NCBI RefSeq assembly: GCF_011045215.1
Contig: NZ_CP049201.1
DNA: 64,000 nucleotides
Direction: 5' to 3' (one strand)
Source of the DNA: Escherichia coli
GTDB taxonomy: Bacteria; Pseudomonadota; Gammaproteobacteria; Enterobacterales; Enterobacteriaceae
The translations under genes were made by a program, and so were the position numbers. A model generated the notes under the pieces. It did no database searches. It was not told the DNA's origin and saw only the letters and a program-made list of their open reading frames with translations. The number at the start of each line of letters is the position of its first letter. Within the stretch, counting starts at the first letter, position 1. Shown in pieces: positions 46,167 through 58,827 of this stretch.

Positions 46167-46210
46167 TCGACGGACGATAGATAATTCCTGAGACAATAGT
46201 GTAAAAAACG

Positions 46211-46249
46211 AGCCGCTGGGGGTGTTTTAAACCCCAGCGGCTTTTTTTT
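46211..46249 (+). terminator. Intrinsic terminator after lrhA
   Basis: agccgctgggg-N10-ccccagcggct stem followed by TTTTTTTT. Confidence 0.85.
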
Positions 46250-46796
46250 AGTAAAGAACCTTCTTCACATCGTGCAGAACGTACAAAACTGTTCATTTTT
46301 CAATCACCAGAGATTCACGCCCCGTACGCACAAATAATCGCCTGAAAAAAATCACCTGCTACAATGATGTTAAAAAATACGTAAATTTGTTGCTGCGTTT
46401 TTGTTATGGAATGACAAAAGCGTGTCACAGATCAAGAAAATACTCTCTTTTGGGGGGAGGAATCGACACAAATTCCTGTCAAAATAGACCCGTATTTTTT
46501 CCATTGCTTCACAACGGACACGATTCAACAACATCTAATTATCCTGGAGTCGTCAAGGATCTGGGGTGAAAGGGCATTAAATGCTAATGGTGTTGATATT
46601 ATGTAAACTAATGTGAAGAAACTTTTGTTAAAGTTGACAAAAGGTTATAGAAAGGAGTAAAAGACCACATCAATTAGCTGTATAAAAGAGTTTCTACAGT
46701 AATTGTAAGGTTTTTTTTATTCCTCCCCATGAATCGATGTGGCGTCCATCTGCCGTGAAGAGCAGTGAATCTGGCGCTACTTTTGATGAGTAAGCA

Positions 46797-47240
46797 ATGA
46801 GTATGTCAACATCCACTGAAGTCATCGCTCATCACTGGGCATTCGCTATCTTTCTTATCGTTGCCATTGGCCTGTGTTGCCTGATGCTGGTAGGCGGTTG
46901 GTTTTTAGGCGGTCGCGCACGCGCGAGGTCAAAAAACGTGCCGTTTGAATCCGGTATCGACTCGGTCGGCTCCGCCCGCTTACGCCTGTCCGCCAAGTTT
47001 TATCTGGTGGCCATATTCTTCGTTATCTTCGACGTTGAAGCGCTGTATCTGTTCGCATGGTCAACCTCTATCCGCGAAAGCGGCTGGGTAGGCTTTGTGG
47101 AAGCTGCAATTTTTATTTTTGTGTTACTGGCAGGTCTGGTTTATCTGGTGCGTATTGGCGCGCTGGACTGGACGCCCGCGCGTTCACGCCGCGAGCGTAT
47201 GAACCCGGAAACGAACAGTATCGCTAATCGTCAACGCTAA
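46797..47240 (+). CDS. nuoA: NADH-quinone oxidoreductase subunit A
   Basis: 147 aa starting [16 protein letters not shown]. Confidence 0.95.
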   Translation: MSMSTSTEVIAHHWAFAIFLIVAIGLCCLMLVGGWFLGGRARARSKNVPFESGIDSVGSARLRLSAKFYLVAIFFVIFDVEALYLFAWSTSIRESGWVGFVEAAIFIFVLLAGLVYLVRIGALDWTPARSRRERMNPETNSIANRQR

Positions 47241-47255
47241 CCGCGAGGCATTAAG

Positions 47256-47918
47256 ATGGATTATACGCTCACCCGCATAGATCCCAACGGTGAGAACGAC
47301 CGTTACCCCCTGCAAAAGCAGGAGATCGTAACCGACCCTCTGGAGCAAGAAGTTAACAAAAACGTGTTTATGGGCAAGCTCAATGACATGGTTAACTGGG
47401 GTCGTAAAAACTCAATTTGGCCGTATAACTTCGGTCTTTCCTGCTGTTACGTTGAGATGGTGACTTCGTTTACCGCGGTGCATGACGTGGCGCGTTTTGG
47501 CGCAGAAGTATTGCGTGCTTCGCCGCGTCAGGCTGACCTGATGGTGGTTGCAGGAACCTGCTTTACCAAAATGGCACCGGTTATTCAGCGTCTGTATGAC
47601 CAGATGCTGGAACCAAAATGGGTTATCTCAATGGGTGCCTGTGCCAACTCTGGTGGTATGTACGATATTTATTCCGTTGTGCAGGGCGTCGATAAATTCA
47701 TCCCGGTTGATGTGTATATCCCGGGCTGCCCGCCGCGTCCTGAAGCGTACATGCAGGCACTGATGCTGTTGCAGGAATCTATCGGCAAAGAACGTCGTCC
47801 GCTCTCCTGGGTGGTTGGCGATCAGGGCGTTTATCGCGCCAATATGCAATCAGAGCGCGAACGCAAGCGCGGTGAACGCATTGCCGTAACCAACCTGCGT
47901 ACACCTGACGAGATTTAA
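47256..47918 (+). CDS. nuoB: NADH-quinone oxidoreductase subunit B
   Basis: 220 aa with the conserved Cys cluster (CCYVEM...GACANSGG...PGCPP). Confidence 0.95.
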
Positions 47919-48011
47919 TTTGCGCCTGTCGGCAAAGGGATTTTTCTTCGCTTATTCCTAAATCTATTTCGCGAAGCTTACTGCGCCGACAGTCACCACG
48001 GACCATTTGCA

Positions 48012-49814
48012 ATGGTGAACAATATGACCGACTTAACCGCGCAAGAACCCGCCTGGCAGACCCGCGATCATCTTGATGATCCGGTGATTGGCGAACTGCG
48101 CAACCGTTTTGGGCCGGATGCCTTTACTGTTCAGGCGACTCGCACCGGGGTTCCCGTTGTGTGGATCAAGCGTGAACAATTACTGATCGTGGCCGATTTC
48201 TTAAAGAAACTGCCGAAACCTTACGTCATGCTGTTTGACTTACACGGCATGGACGAACGTCTGCGCACACACCGCGAAGGGTTACCTGCCGCGGATTTTT
48301 CCGTTTTCTACCATCTGATTTCTATCGATCGTAACCGCGACATCATGCTGAAGGTGGCGCTGGCAGAAAACGACCTGCACGTACCGACCTTCACCAAACT
48401 GTTCCCGAACGCTAACTGGTATGAGCGTGAGACCTGGGATCTGTTTGGCATTACATTCGACGGTCACCCGAACCTGCGCCGCATCATGATGCCGCAAACC
48501 TGGAAAGGTCACCCGCTGCGTAAAGATTACCCGGCGCGCGCTACCGAATTCTCGCCGTTTGAGCTGACCAAAGCCAAACAGGATCTGGAGATGGAAGCCC
48601 TGACCTTCAAACCGGAAGAGTGGGGGATGAAGCGCGGCACCGAAAACGAGGACTTCATGTTCCTCAACCTCGGTCCGAACCACCCGTCGGCGCACGGTGC
48701 TTTCCGTATCGTTTTGCAGCTCGATGGCGAAGAGATTGTCGACTGCGTACCAGACATCGGCTACCACCACCGTGGTGCGGAGAAAATGGGCGAACGCCAG
48801 TCCTGGCACAGCTACATTCCGTATACCGACCGTATCGAATACCTCGGCGGCTGCGTTAACGAAATGCCTTACGTGCTGGCGGTAGAGAAACTGGCCGGGA
48901 TCACCGTGCCGGATCGCGTTAACGTCATTCGCGTAATGCTCTCCGAACTGTTCCGCATCAACAGCCACCTGCTGTATATCTCGACCTTTATTCAGGACGT
49001 CGGCGCAATGACGCCCGTGTTCTTCGCCTTTACCGATCGTCAGAAAATTTACGATCTGGTGGAAGCGATCACGGGTTTCCGTATGCACCCGGCGTGGTTC
49101 CGTATTGGCGGCGTAGCGCACGACCTGCCGCGCGGCTGGGATCGTCTGCTGCGTGAGTTCCTCGACTGGATGCCGAAACGTCTGGCGTCTTACGAGAAAG
49201 CGGCGCTGCAAAATACCATTCTGAAAGGTCGTTCCCAGGGCGTTGCCGCCTATGGCGCGAAAGAGGCGCTGGAGTGGGGCACCACTGGCGCGGGCCTGCG
49301 TGCTACCGGGATCGACTTCGACGTGCGTAAGGCGCGTCCTTATTCTGGCTATGAAAACTTCGACTTTGAAATCCCGGTTGGTGGTGGTGTTTCTGACTGC
49401 TACACCCGCGTAATGCTGAAAGTGGAAGAGCTGCGCCAGAGTCTGCGCATTCTTGAGCAGTGCCTCAACAACATGCCGGAAGGCCCGTTCAAAGCGGATC
49501 ACCCGCTGACCACGCCGCCGCCGAAAGAGCGCACGCTGCAACATATCGAAACCCTGATCACCCACTTCCTGCAAGTGTCGTGGGGGCCGGTGATGCCTGC
49601 CAATGAATCTTTCCAGATGATTGAGGCGACCAAGGGGATCAACAGTTACTACCTGACCAGCGACGGTAGCACCATGAGTTATCGCACTCGTATTCGCACG
49701 CCGAGTTATGCGCATTTGCAGCAAATTCCGGCGGCGATCCGCGGCAGCCTGGTGTCTGACCTGATTGTTTATCTGGGCAGTATCGATTTTGTTATGTCAG
49801 ATGTGGACCGCTAA
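48012..49814 (+). CDS. nuoC: NADH-quinone oxidoreductase fused subunit C/D
   Basis: 600 aa fused NuoCD as in E. coli. Confidence 0.95.
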   Translation: MVNNMTDLTAQEPAWQTRDHLDDPVIGELRNRFGPDAFTVQATRTGVPVVWIKREQLLIVADFLKKLPKPYVMLFDLHGMDERLRTHREGLPAADFSVFYHLISIDRNRDIMLKVALAENDLHVPTFTKLFPNANWYERETWDLFGITFDGHPNLRRIMMPQTWKGHPLRKDYPARATEFSPFELTKAKQDLEMEALTFKPEEWGMKRGTENEDFMFLNLGPNHPSAHGAFRIVLQLDGEEIVDCVPDIGYHHRGAEKMGERQSWHSYIPYTDRIEYLGGCVNEMPYVLAVEKLAGITVPDRVNVIRVMLSELFRINSHLLYISTFIQDVGAMTPVFFAFTDRQKIYDLVEAITGFRMHPAWFRIGGVAHDLPRGWDRLLREFLDWMPKRLASYEKAALQNTILKGRSQGVAAYGAKEALEWGTTGAGLRATGIDFDVRKARPYSGYENFDFEIPVGGGVSDCYTRVMLKVEELRQSLRILEQCLNNMPEGPFKADHPLTTPPPKERTLQHIETLITHFLQVSWGPVMPANESFQMIEATKGINSYYLTSDGSTMSYRTRIRTPSYAHLQQIPAAIRGSLVSDLIVYLGSIDFVMSDVDR

Positions 49815-49816
49815 TT

Positions 49817-50317
49817 ATGCACGAGAATCAACAACCACAAACCGAGGCTTTTGAGCTGAGTGCGGCAGAGCGTGAAGCGATCGAGCACGAGATGCACCAC
49901 TACGAAGACCCGCGTGCGGCGTCCATTGAAGCGCTGAAAATCGTTCAGAAGCAGCGTGGCTGGGTGCCGGATGGCGCGATCCACGCGATCGCCGATGTGC
50001 TGGGTATTCCGGCAAGCGACGTCGAAGGTGTGGCAACGTTCTACAGTCAGATCTTCCGCCAGCCGGTTGGTCGCCATGTGATCCGTTATTGCGACAGCGT
50101 GGTCTGTCATATCAACGGTTATCAGGGTATTCAGGCGGCGCTCGAGAAAAAGCTGAACATCAAACCAGGGCAAACGACATTTGATGGCCGCTTTACGCTG
50201 CTGCCAACTTGCTGCCTGGGGAACTGTGATAAAGGGCCAAACATGATGATCGATGAGGACACTCACGCGCATCTGACCCCGGAAGCGATCCCTGAACTGC
50301 TGGAGCGGTATAAATGA
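49817..50317 (+). CDS. nuoE: NADH-quinone oxidoreductase subunit E
   Basis: 166 aa. Confidence 0.95.
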
Positions 50318-51651
50318 AAAACATTATCCGTACTCCCGAAACGCATCCGCTGACCTGGCGTCTGCGCGATGACAAACAGCCAGTGTGGCTGGACGAATAT
50401 CGCAGCAAAAACGGTTACGAAGGGGCGCGTAAGGCGCTGACCGGGCTGTCTCCGGACGAAATCGTTAATCAGGTAAAAGACGCTGGTCTGAAAGGGCGCG
50501 GCGGCGCGGGCTTTTCGACTGGCCTGAAGTGGAGCCTGATGCCGAAAGACGAATCCATGAACATCCGTTACCTGCTGTGTAACGCCGATGAAATGGAGCC
50601 GGGCACCTATAAAGACCGCCTGTTGATGGAGCAACTGCCGCACCTGCTGGTGGAAGGTATTCTCATCTCCGCGTTTGCGCTGAAAGCTTACCGTGGCTAC
50701 ATCTTCCTGCGTGGCGAATATATTGAAGCGGCAGTGAATCTACGCCGTGCCATTGCCGAAGCCACCGAAGCAGGTCTGCTTGGCAAAAACATTATGGGAA
50801 CAGGTTTCGACTTCGAACTGTTCGTCCATACCGGGGCAGGGCGCTACATCTGCGGGGAAGAAACAGCGTTAATCAACTCCCTGGAAGGGCGTCGTGCTAA
50901 CCCACGCTCGAAACCCCCCTTCCCGGCAACCTCCGGCGTATGGGGCAAACCGACCTGTGTCAACAACGTCGAAACCCTGTGTAACGTTCCGGCGATCCTC
51001 GCTAACGGCGTGGAGTGGTATCAGAACATCTCGAAAAGTAAAGATGCTGGCACCAAGCTGATGGGCTTCTCCGGTCGGGTGAAAAATCCGGGACTGTGGG
51101 AACTGCCGTTCGGCACCACCGCACGCGAGATCCTCGAAGATTACGCCGGTGGTATGCGTGACGGTCTGAAATTCAAAGCCTGGCAGCCAGGCGGCGCGGG
51201 CACCGACTTCCTGACCGAAGCGCACCTTGACCTGCCGATGGAATTCGAAAGTATCGGTAAAGCGGGAAGCCGTCTGGGTACGGCGCTGGCGATGGCGGTT
51301 GACCATGAGATCAACATGGTGTCGCTGGTGCGTAACCTGGAAGAGTTTTTCGCCCGTGAGTCCTGCGGCTGGTGTACGCCGTGCCGCGACGGTCTGCCGT
51401 GGAGCGTGAAAATTCTGCGTGCGCTGGAGCGTGGCGAAGGTCAGCCGGGCGATATCGAAACACTTGAGCAACTGTGTCGATTCTTAGGCCCGGGTAAAAC
51501 TTTCTGTGCCCACGCACCTGGTGCAGTGGAGCCGTTACAGAGCGCCATCAAATATTTCCGCGAAGAATTTGAGGCGGGGATCAAACAGCCGTTCAGCAAT
51601 ACCCATTTGATTAATGGGATTCAGCCGAACCTGCTGAAAGAGCGCTGGTAA
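50314..51651 (+). CDS. nuoF: NADH-quinone oxidoreductase subunit F
   Basis: 445 aa. Confidence 0.95.
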   Translation: MKNIIRTPETHPLTWRLRDDKQPVWLDEYRSKNGYEGARKALTGLSPDEIVNQVKDAGLKGRGGAGFSTGLKWSLMPKDESMNIRYLLCNADEMEPGTYKDRLLMEQLPHLLVEGILISAFALKAYRGYIFLRGEYIEAAVNLRRAIAEATEAGLLGKNIMGTGFDFELFVHTGAGRYICGEETALINSLEGRRANPRSKPPFPATSGVWGKPTCVNNVETLCNVPAILANGVEWYQNISKSKDAGTKLMGFSGRVKNPGLWELPFGTTAREILEDYAGGMRDGLKFKAWQPGGAGTDFLTEAHLDLPMEFESIGKAGSRLGTALAMAVDHEINMVSLVRNLEEFFARESCGWCTPCRDGLPWSVKILRALERGEGQPGDIETLEQLCRFLGPGKTFCAHAPGAVEPLQSAIKYFREEFEAGIKQPFSNTHLINGIQPNLLKERW

Positions 51652-51703
51652 CCGAATTTCGATTAACGCTCAGTCTCTGACTGAGAAAACTGGAAGCATG
51701 CTA

Positions 51704-54430
51704 ATGGCTACAATTCATGTAGACGGCAAAGAATACGAGGTCAACGGAGCGGACAACCTGCTGGAAGCTTGTCTGTCTCTGGGCCTTGATATTCCTTACT
51801 TTTGCTGGCATCCGGCGCTGGGAAGCGTCGGTGCTTGCCGCCAGTGTGCGGTGAAGCAATACCAAAACGCGGAAGACACGCGTGGTCGCCTGGTGATGTC
51901 CTGTATGACACCGGCTTCCGATGGCACCTTTATTTCCATTGACGACGAAGAAGCGAAACAGTTCCGTGAAAGTGTGGTCGAGTGGTTAATGACCAACCAC
52001 CCGCACGACTGTCCGGTATGTGAAGAAGGCGGTAACTGCCATCTTCAGGATATGACCGTGATGACTGGACACAGCTTCCGTCGCTACCGTTTCACCAAAC
52101 GTACCCACCGTAATCAGGATTTGGGGCCGTTCATCTCTCACGAAATGAACCGCTGCATCGCCTGCTACCGCTGCGTGCGTTACTACAAAGATTACGCTGA
52201 CGGTACAGATCTGGGCGTTTATGGCGCGCACGACAACGTCTACTTCGGTCGCCCGGAAGACGGCACGCTGGAAAGCGAATTTTCCGGTAACCTGGTCGAA
52301 ATTTGCCCGACCGGCGTATTTACCGACAAAACGCACTCCGAGCGTTACAACCGTAAATGGGATATGCAGTTTGCGCCGAGCATCTGCCAGCAATGTTCCA
52401 TCGGCTGTAACATCAGCCCCGGCGAGCGTTATGGCGAACTGCGTCGTATCGAAAACCGTTACAACGGTACGGTAAACCACTACTTCCTCTGCGACCGTGG
52501 TCGTTTCGGTTACGGTTACGTCAACCTGAAAGATCGTCCGCGTCAGCCAGTACAGCGTCGTGGCGATGATTTCATTACCCTCAACGCCGAACAGGCAATG
52601 CAGGGCGCAGCAGATATTCTGCGTCAGTCGAAGAAAGTGATCGGCATTGGTTCTCCGCGCGCCAGCGTGGAAAGCAACTTTGCGCTGCGTGAGCTGGTGG
52701 GCGAAGAAAACTTCTACACCGGTATCGCTCACGGTGAGCAGGAACGTCTGCAACTGGCGCTGAAAGTACTGCGTGAAGGCGGCATTTATACTCCTGCTCT
52801 GCGCGAAATCGAATCTTACGATGCTGTACTGGTGCTGGGCGAAGACGTTACCCAGACCGGCGCGCGCGTCGCGCTGGCAGTGCGTCAGGCGGTGAAAGGT
52901 AAAGCGCGCGAAATGGCGGCAGCACAGAAAGTGGCTGACTGGCAGATTGCGGCAATCCTCAACATCGGTCAACGTGCGAAGCATCCGCTGTTTGTTACCA
53001 ACGTTGATGACACCCGTCTGGATGATATCGCGGCGTGGACTTACCGCGCACCGGTTGAAGATCAGGCGCGTTTAGGTTTTGCCATCGCCCATGCGCTGGA
53101 TAACTCTGCACCAGCAGTTGACGGTATTGAACCTGAACTGCAAAGCAAAATCGACGTCATCGTGCAGGCACTGGCGGGTGCGAAGAAACCGTTGATTATC
53201 TCCGGGACGAACGCCGGTAGCTTAGAGGTGATTCAGGCGGCGGCTAACGTCGCAAAAGCCCTGAAAGGTCGCGGCGCTGACGTCGGTATCACCATGATTG
53301 CCCGTTCCGTCAACAGCATGGGGCTGGGCATTATGGGTGGCGGTTCGCTTGAAGAAGCGTTAACCGAACTGGAAACCGGACGCGCCGACGCGGTGGTGGT
53401 GTTGGAAAACGATCTGCATCGTCACGCTTCTGCTACCCGCGTGAATGCTGCGCTGGCTAAAGCGCCGCTGGTGATGGTGGTTGACCATCAACGCACAGCG
53501 ATCATGGAAAACGCCCATCTGGTGCTTTCCGCTGCCAGCTTTGCTGAAAGCGACGGTACGGTAATTAATAATGAAGGTCGCGCCCAACGTTTCTTCCAGG
53601 TTTACGATCCGGCTTATTACGACAGCAAAACTGTCATGCTGGAAAGCTGGCGTTGGTTACACTCGCTGCACAGCACCCTGCTGAGCCGTGAAGTGGACTG
53701 GACGCAGCTCGACCATGTGATTGACGCTATTGTGGCGAAAATCCCGGAACTGGCAGGTATCAAAGATGCTGCGCCGGATGCGACATTCCGTATTCGTGGG
53801 CAGAAACTGGCCCGTGAACCGCACCGTTACAGCGGCCGTACCGCCATGCGCGCCAATATCAGCGTTCATGAGCCGCGTCAGCCGCAGGATATTGACACCA
53901 TGTTCACCTTCTCGATGGAAGGTAACAACCAGCCGACCGCGCACCGTTCGCAAGTGCCGTTTGCCTGGGCTCCGGGCTGGAACTCCCCGCAGGCGTGGAA
54001 CAAATTCCAGGACGAAGTGGGCGGCAAACTGCGCTTTGGCGATCCGGGTGTGCGTCTGTTTGAAACCAGCGAAAATGGTCTGGATTACTTCACCAGCGTA
54101 CCGGCACGCTTCCAGCCGCAGGACGGGAAATGGCGTATCGCGCCGTATTACCACCTGTTTGGCAGCGATGAATTGTCACAGCGTGCTCCGGTCTTCCAGA
54201 GCCGTATGCCGCAGCCGTACATTAAACTCAACCCAGCGGATGCCGCGAAGTTGGGTGTAAACGCAGGTACACGCGTCTCCTTTAGTTACGATGGCAACAC
54301 GGTCACGCTGCCGGTTGAAATCGCTGAAGGGCTGACGGCAGGGCAGGTGGGCTTGCCGATGGGTATGTCCGGCATTGCTCCGGTGCTGGCTGGCGCGCAT
54401 CTTGAGGATCTCAAGGAGGCACAACAATGA
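51704..54430 (+). CDS. nuoG: NADH-quinone oxidoreductase subunit G
   Basis: Start taken at [11 protein letters not shown] (908 aa); the track ORF begins 6 nt earlier. Confidence 0.95.
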   Translation: MATIHVDGKEYEVNGADNLLEACLSLGLDIPYFCWHPALGSVGACRQCAVKQYQNAEDTRGRLVMSCMTPASDGTFISIDDEEAKQFRESVVEWLMTNHPHDCPVCEEGGNCHLQDMTVMTGHSFRRYRFTKRTHRNQDLGPFISHEMNRCIACYRCVRYYKDYADGTDLGVYGAHDNVYFGRPEDGTLESEFSGNLVEICPTGVFTDKTHSERYNRKWDMQFAPSICQQCSIGCNISPGERYGELRRIENRYNGTVNHYFLCDRGRFGYGYVNLKDRPRQPVQRRGDDFITLNAEQAMQGAADILRQSKKVIGIGSPRASVESNFALRELVGEENFYTGIAHGEQERLQLALKVLREGGIYTPALREIESYDAVLVLGEDVTQTGARVALAVRQAVKGKAREMAAAQKVADWQIAAILNIGQRAKHPLFVTNVDDTRLDDIAAWTYRAPVEDQARLGFAIAHALDNSAPAVDGIEPELQSKIDVIVQALAGAKKPLIISGTNAGSLEVIQAAANVAKALKGRGADVGITMIARSVNSMGLGIMGGGSLEEALTELETGRADAVVVLENDLHRHASATRVNAALAKAPLVMVVDHQRTAIMENAHLVLSAASFAESDGTVINNEGRAQRFFQVYDPAYYDSKTVMLESWRWLHSLHSTLLSREVDWTQLDHVIDAIVAKIPELAGIKDAAPDATFRIRGQKLAREPHRYSGRTAMRANISVHEPRQPQDIDTMFTFSMEGNNQPTAHRSQVPFAWAPGWNSPQAWNKFQDEVGGKLRFGDPGVRLFETSENGLDYFTSVPARFQPQDGKWRIAPYYHLFGSDELSQRAPVFQSRMPQPYIKLNPADAAKLGVNAGTRVSFSYDGNTVTLPVEIAEGLTAGQVGLPMGMSGIAPVLAGAHLEDLKEAQQ

Positions 54431-55404
54431 GTTGGATAACACCGGAACTGATTGAGATCCTGCTGACCATCCTCAAAGCGGTGGTGATCCTGCTGGTGGT
54501 TGTCACCTGCGGGGCATTCATGAGCTTTGGCGAACGTCGCCTGCTGGGTCTGTTCCAGAACCGTTACGGACCTAACCGTGTTGGCTGGGGTGGTTCGCTC
54601 CAGCTGGTTGCGGACATGATCAAAATGTTCTTTAAAGAAGACTGGATCCCGAAATTCTCGGATCGCGTCATCTTTACCCTGGCACCGATGATTGCCTTTA
54701 CCTCGCTGCTGCTGGCCTTTGCAATTGTGCCAGTCAGTCCGGGTTGGGTGGTTGCTGACCTGAACATCGGGATTTTGTTCTTCCTGATGATGGCAGGTCT
54801 GGCGGTTTACGCGGTGCTGTTTGCGGGCTGGTCAAGTAACAACAAATACTCGCTGCTGGGTGCGATGCGTGCTTCTGCGCAGACCCTGAGCTACGAAGTG
54901 TTCCTCGGGCTTTCCCTGATGGGCGTGGTGGCGCAAGCCGGTTCATTCAACATGACCGACATCGTCAACAGCCAGGCGCATGTGTGGAACGTCATCCCGC
55001 AATTCTTTGGTTTTATTACCTTTGCCATCGCGGGCGTGGCGGTATGTCACCGTCACCCGTTTGACCAGCCGGAAGCCGAGCAGGAACTGGCGGATGGTTA
55101 CCACATTGAATACTCCGGCATGAAGTTCGGTCTGTTCTTCGTGGGTGAGTACATCGGGATTGTGACCATCTCTGCATTGATGGTGACGCTGTTCTTCGGT
55201 GGCTGGCAAGGCCCGTTGTTACCGCCATTCATCTGGTTCGCGCTGAAAACCGCGTTCTTTATGATGATGTTCATTTTGATTCGTGCGTCGTTACCGCGTC
55301 CGCGTTATGACCAGGTAATGTCCTTCGGCTGGAAAATCTGCCTGCCGCTGACGCTGATCAACTTGCTGGTAACGGCGGCTGTCATTCTCTGGCAGGCGCA
55401 ATAA
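54427..55404 (+). CDS. nuoH: NADH-quinone oxidoreductase subunit H
   Basis: 325 aa membrane subunit. Confidence 0.95.
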
Positions 55405-55418
55405 GGGGCAATAAGACC

Positions 55419-55961
55419 ATGACTTTAAAAGAATTGTTAGTAGGTTTCGGCACCCAGGTTCGTAGTATCTGGATGATCGGCCTGCACGCGTTCGCCAAAC
55501 GCGAAACGCGAATGTACCCGGAAGAGCCGGTCTATCTGCCGCCCCGTTATCGTGGTCGTATCGTTCTGACCCGCGACCCGGACGGCGAAGAGCGTTGCGT
55601 AGCCTGTAACCTCTGTGCGGTAGCCTGCCCGGTCGGCTGTATCTCGCTGCAAAAAGCAGAAACCAAAGACGGTCGCTGGTACCCGGAATTTTTCCGTATC
55701 AACTTCTCACGCTGCATTTTCTGTGGTCTGTGCGAAGAAGCCTGTCCGACCACGGCGATTCAGTTAACCCCGGATTTCGAAATGGGGGAATACAAGCGCC
55801 AGGATCTGGTTTACGAAAAAGAGGATCTGCTGATCTCCGGTCCGGGCAAATACCCGGAATATAACTTCTACCGGATGGCAGGTATGGCAATCGACGGCAA
55901 AGATAAGGGCGAAGCAGAGAACGAAGCCAAGCCTATCGACGTCAAGAGCCTGTTACCGTAA
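55419..55961 (+). CDS. nuoI: NADH-quinone oxidoreductase subunit I
   Basis: 180 aa with two 4Fe-4S ferredoxin motifs (CxxCxxCxxxCP). Confidence 0.95.
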
Positions 55962-55972
55962 GGAGAGGGGCA

Positions 55973-56527
55973 ATGGAGTTCGCTTTTTATATCTGTGGCC
56001 TGATAGCCATACTTGCGACCTTGCGAGTGATCACCCATACCAATCCGGTACACGCACTGCTGTACCTGATTATTTCGCTGCTGGCGATTTCCGGGGTGTT
56101 CTTCTCACTGGGCGCTTACTTCGCCGGTGCGCTGGAAATTATCGTCTACGCGGGTGCCATTATGGTGCTGTTCGTGTTCGTAGTGATGATGCTCAACCTG
56201 GGCGGTTCAGAAATCGAACAGGAACGCCAGTGGCTGAAACCGCAGGTGTGGATTGGTCCGGCGATTTTGTCGGCCATCATGCTGGTGGTGATTGTTTACG
56301 CCATCCTTGGTGTTAATGATCAAGGTATCGACGGTACGCCAATCAGTGCTAAAGCAGTGGGTATTACGCTGTTCGGGCCTTACGTACTGGCGGTGGAACT
56401 GGCTTCTATGCTGCTGCTCGCGGGTCTGGTTGTGGCCTTCCACGTCGGTCGTGAAGAGCGTGCGGGTGAAGTGCTGAGCAATCGTAAAGACGACAGCGCG
56501 AAAAGAAAAACGGAGGAGCACGCATGA
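55973..56527 (+). CDS. nuoJ: NADH-quinone oxidoreductase subunit J
   Basis: 184 aa membrane subunit. Confidence 0.95.
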
Positions 56528-56826
56528 TCCCCTTACAACATGGACTGATCCTCGCGGCAATCTTATTCGTTCTTGGCTTAACCGGTCTGGTTATCCGTCG
56601 CAATCTGCTGTTTATGCTGATTGGTCTGGAAATCATGATTAACGCCTCCGCGCTGGCCTTTGTGGTCGCCGGAAGCTACTGGGGCCAGACCGACGGTCAG
56701 GTGATGTACATTCTCGCCATCAGCCTCGCGGCGGCAGAAGCGAGTATCGGCCTTGCGCTGCTGCTGCAACTTCACCGTCGTCGCCAGAACCTGAACATCG
56801 ATTCAGTAAGTGAGATGCGCGGATGA
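56524..56826 (+). CDS. nuoK: NADH-quinone oxidoreductase subunit K
   Basis: 100 aa membrane subunit. Confidence 0.95.
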
Positions 56827-58664
56827 ACATGCTTGCCTTAACCATTATTTTGCCATTGATTGGCTTCGTCCTGCTGGCGTTCTCCCGTGGGCGCTGGTCT
56901 GAAAACGTCTCGGCGATCGTCGGCGTTGGCTCTGTGGGCCTGGCGGCGCTGGTAACCGCCTTTATCGGCGTTGATTTCTTCGCTAACGGCGAGCAGGCAT
57001 ACAGCCAGCCGCTGTGGACGTGGATGTCGGTAGGCGACTTTAACATCGGTTTTAACCTGGTGTTGGACGGCCTGTCGCTGACCATGCTCTCGGTGGTCAC
57101 TGGTGTGGGTTTCCTGATCCACATGTACGCCTCCTGGTACATGCGCGGTGAAGAGGGCTACTCTCGCTTCTTCGCCTACACCAACCTGTTCATCGCCAGC
57201 ATGGTGGTTCTGGTGCTTGCCGACAACCTGCTGCTGATGTACCTCGGCTGGGAAGGCGTGGGCCTGTGCTCCTATCTGCTGATCGGTTTCTATTACACCG
57301 ATCCGAAGAATGGCGCAGCGGCAATGAAAGCGTTCGTCGTGACCCGTGTGGGTGACGTTTTCCTCGCTTTCGCACTGTTCATTCTTTACAACGAACTGGG
57401 CACCCTGAACTTCCGCGAAATGGTGGAACTGGCACCAGCGCACTTTGCTGACGGCAATAACATGCTGATGTGGGCGACGCTGATGCTGCTGGGCGGTGCG
57501 GTCGGTAAATCTGCGCAGTTGCCGTTGCAGACATGGCTTGCCGACGCGATGGCGGGCCCGACGCCTGTCTCCGCGCTGATCCACGCCGCAACGATGGTAA
57601 CCGCGGGTGTCTACCTGATCGCCCGTACCCACGGCCTGTTCCTGATGACGCCGGAAGTTCTGCATCTGGTGGGTATTGTCGGGGCGGTTACGCTGCTGCT
57701 GGCCGGTTTTGCCGCGCTGGTACAGACCGACATCAAACGTGTTCTCGCTTACTCTACCATGAGCCAGATTGGCTACATGTTCCTCGCGCTTGGCGTGCAG
57801 GCATGGGATGCGGCGATTTTTCACTTGATGACCCACGCGTTCTTTAAAGCGCTGCTGTTCCTGGCATCCGGTTCCGTCATTCTGGCCTGCCATCACGAAC
57901 AGAACATCTTCAAGATGGGCGGTCTGCGTAAATCTATTCCGCTGGTTTATCTCTGCTTCCTGGTGGGCGGCGCAGCACTGTCGGCACTGCCGCTGGTCAC
58001 TGCGGGCTTCTTCAGTAAGGATGAGATCCTCGCGGGTGCGATGGCGAATGGTCATATCAATCTGATGGTGGCAGGTCTGGTCGGTGCGTTTATGACCTCG
58101 CTCTACACCTTCCGTATGATTTTCATCGTCTTCCACGGAAAAGAACAAATTCACGCTCACGCCGTGAAAGGGGTAACTCACAGCCTGCCGCTGATTGTGC
58201 TGCTGATCCTTTCCACCTTCGTTGGCGCACTGATTGTACCGCCGCTGCAGGGCGTGCTTCCGCAAACGACGGAGCTGGCGCACGGCAGCATGTTGACCCT
58301 GGAAATTACCTCTGGCGTGGTCGCGATTGTCGGCATTCTGCTGGCTGCCTGGCTGTGGCTGGGTAAACGTACTCTGGTGACCTCCATCGCCAACAGTGCG
58401 CCGGGCCGTCTGCTGGGCACCTGGTGGTACAACGCCTGGGGCTTTGACTGGCTGTACGACAAAGTGTTCGTCAAGCCGTTCCTGGGTATTGCCTGGTTGC
58501 TGAAACGCGATCCGCTGAACTCAATGATGAACATTCCGGCGGTTCTTTCCCGCTTTGCAGGTAAAGGTCTGCTGTTAAGCGAGAACGGCTATCTGCGCTG
58601 GTATGTGGCATCCATGAGCATCGGTGCGGTCGTGGTGCTGGCACTGTTGATGGTACTGCGTTGA
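56823..58664 (+). CDS. nuoL: NADH-quinone oxidoreductase subunit L
   Basis: 613 aa antiporter-like subunit. Confidence 0.95.
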
Positions 58665-58702
58665 GTTAAGGATTGTGGGATTGCTCCTGGGCATATAAGA
58701 AC

Positions 58703-58740
58703 GTAGGTCGGATAAGCCTCCTTCGCGGTGCATCCGACAC
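58703..58740. repeat. REP element between nuoL and nuoM
   Basis: gtaggtcggataagcctccttcgcggtgcatccgacac REP palindrome. Confidence 0.8.
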
Positions 58741-58827
58741 TACCCCCAGTCCGAAGAGAATTTTCTGTCGTGAGAATTCGTTGAAAATCCGGTCCTGACG
58801 GGACTTTTACAAGGAATAAAGATCGCC

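Noticed and set aside
56838-58283. 481-aa minus-strand ORF antisense to nuoL, plus similar long antisense ORFs in nuoC (48282-49724), nuoG (51986-52984) and ackA (37191-38231)
   Set aside because: Shadow ORFs created by the codon bias of highly expressed genes on the opposite strand; they overlap genes of certain identity.
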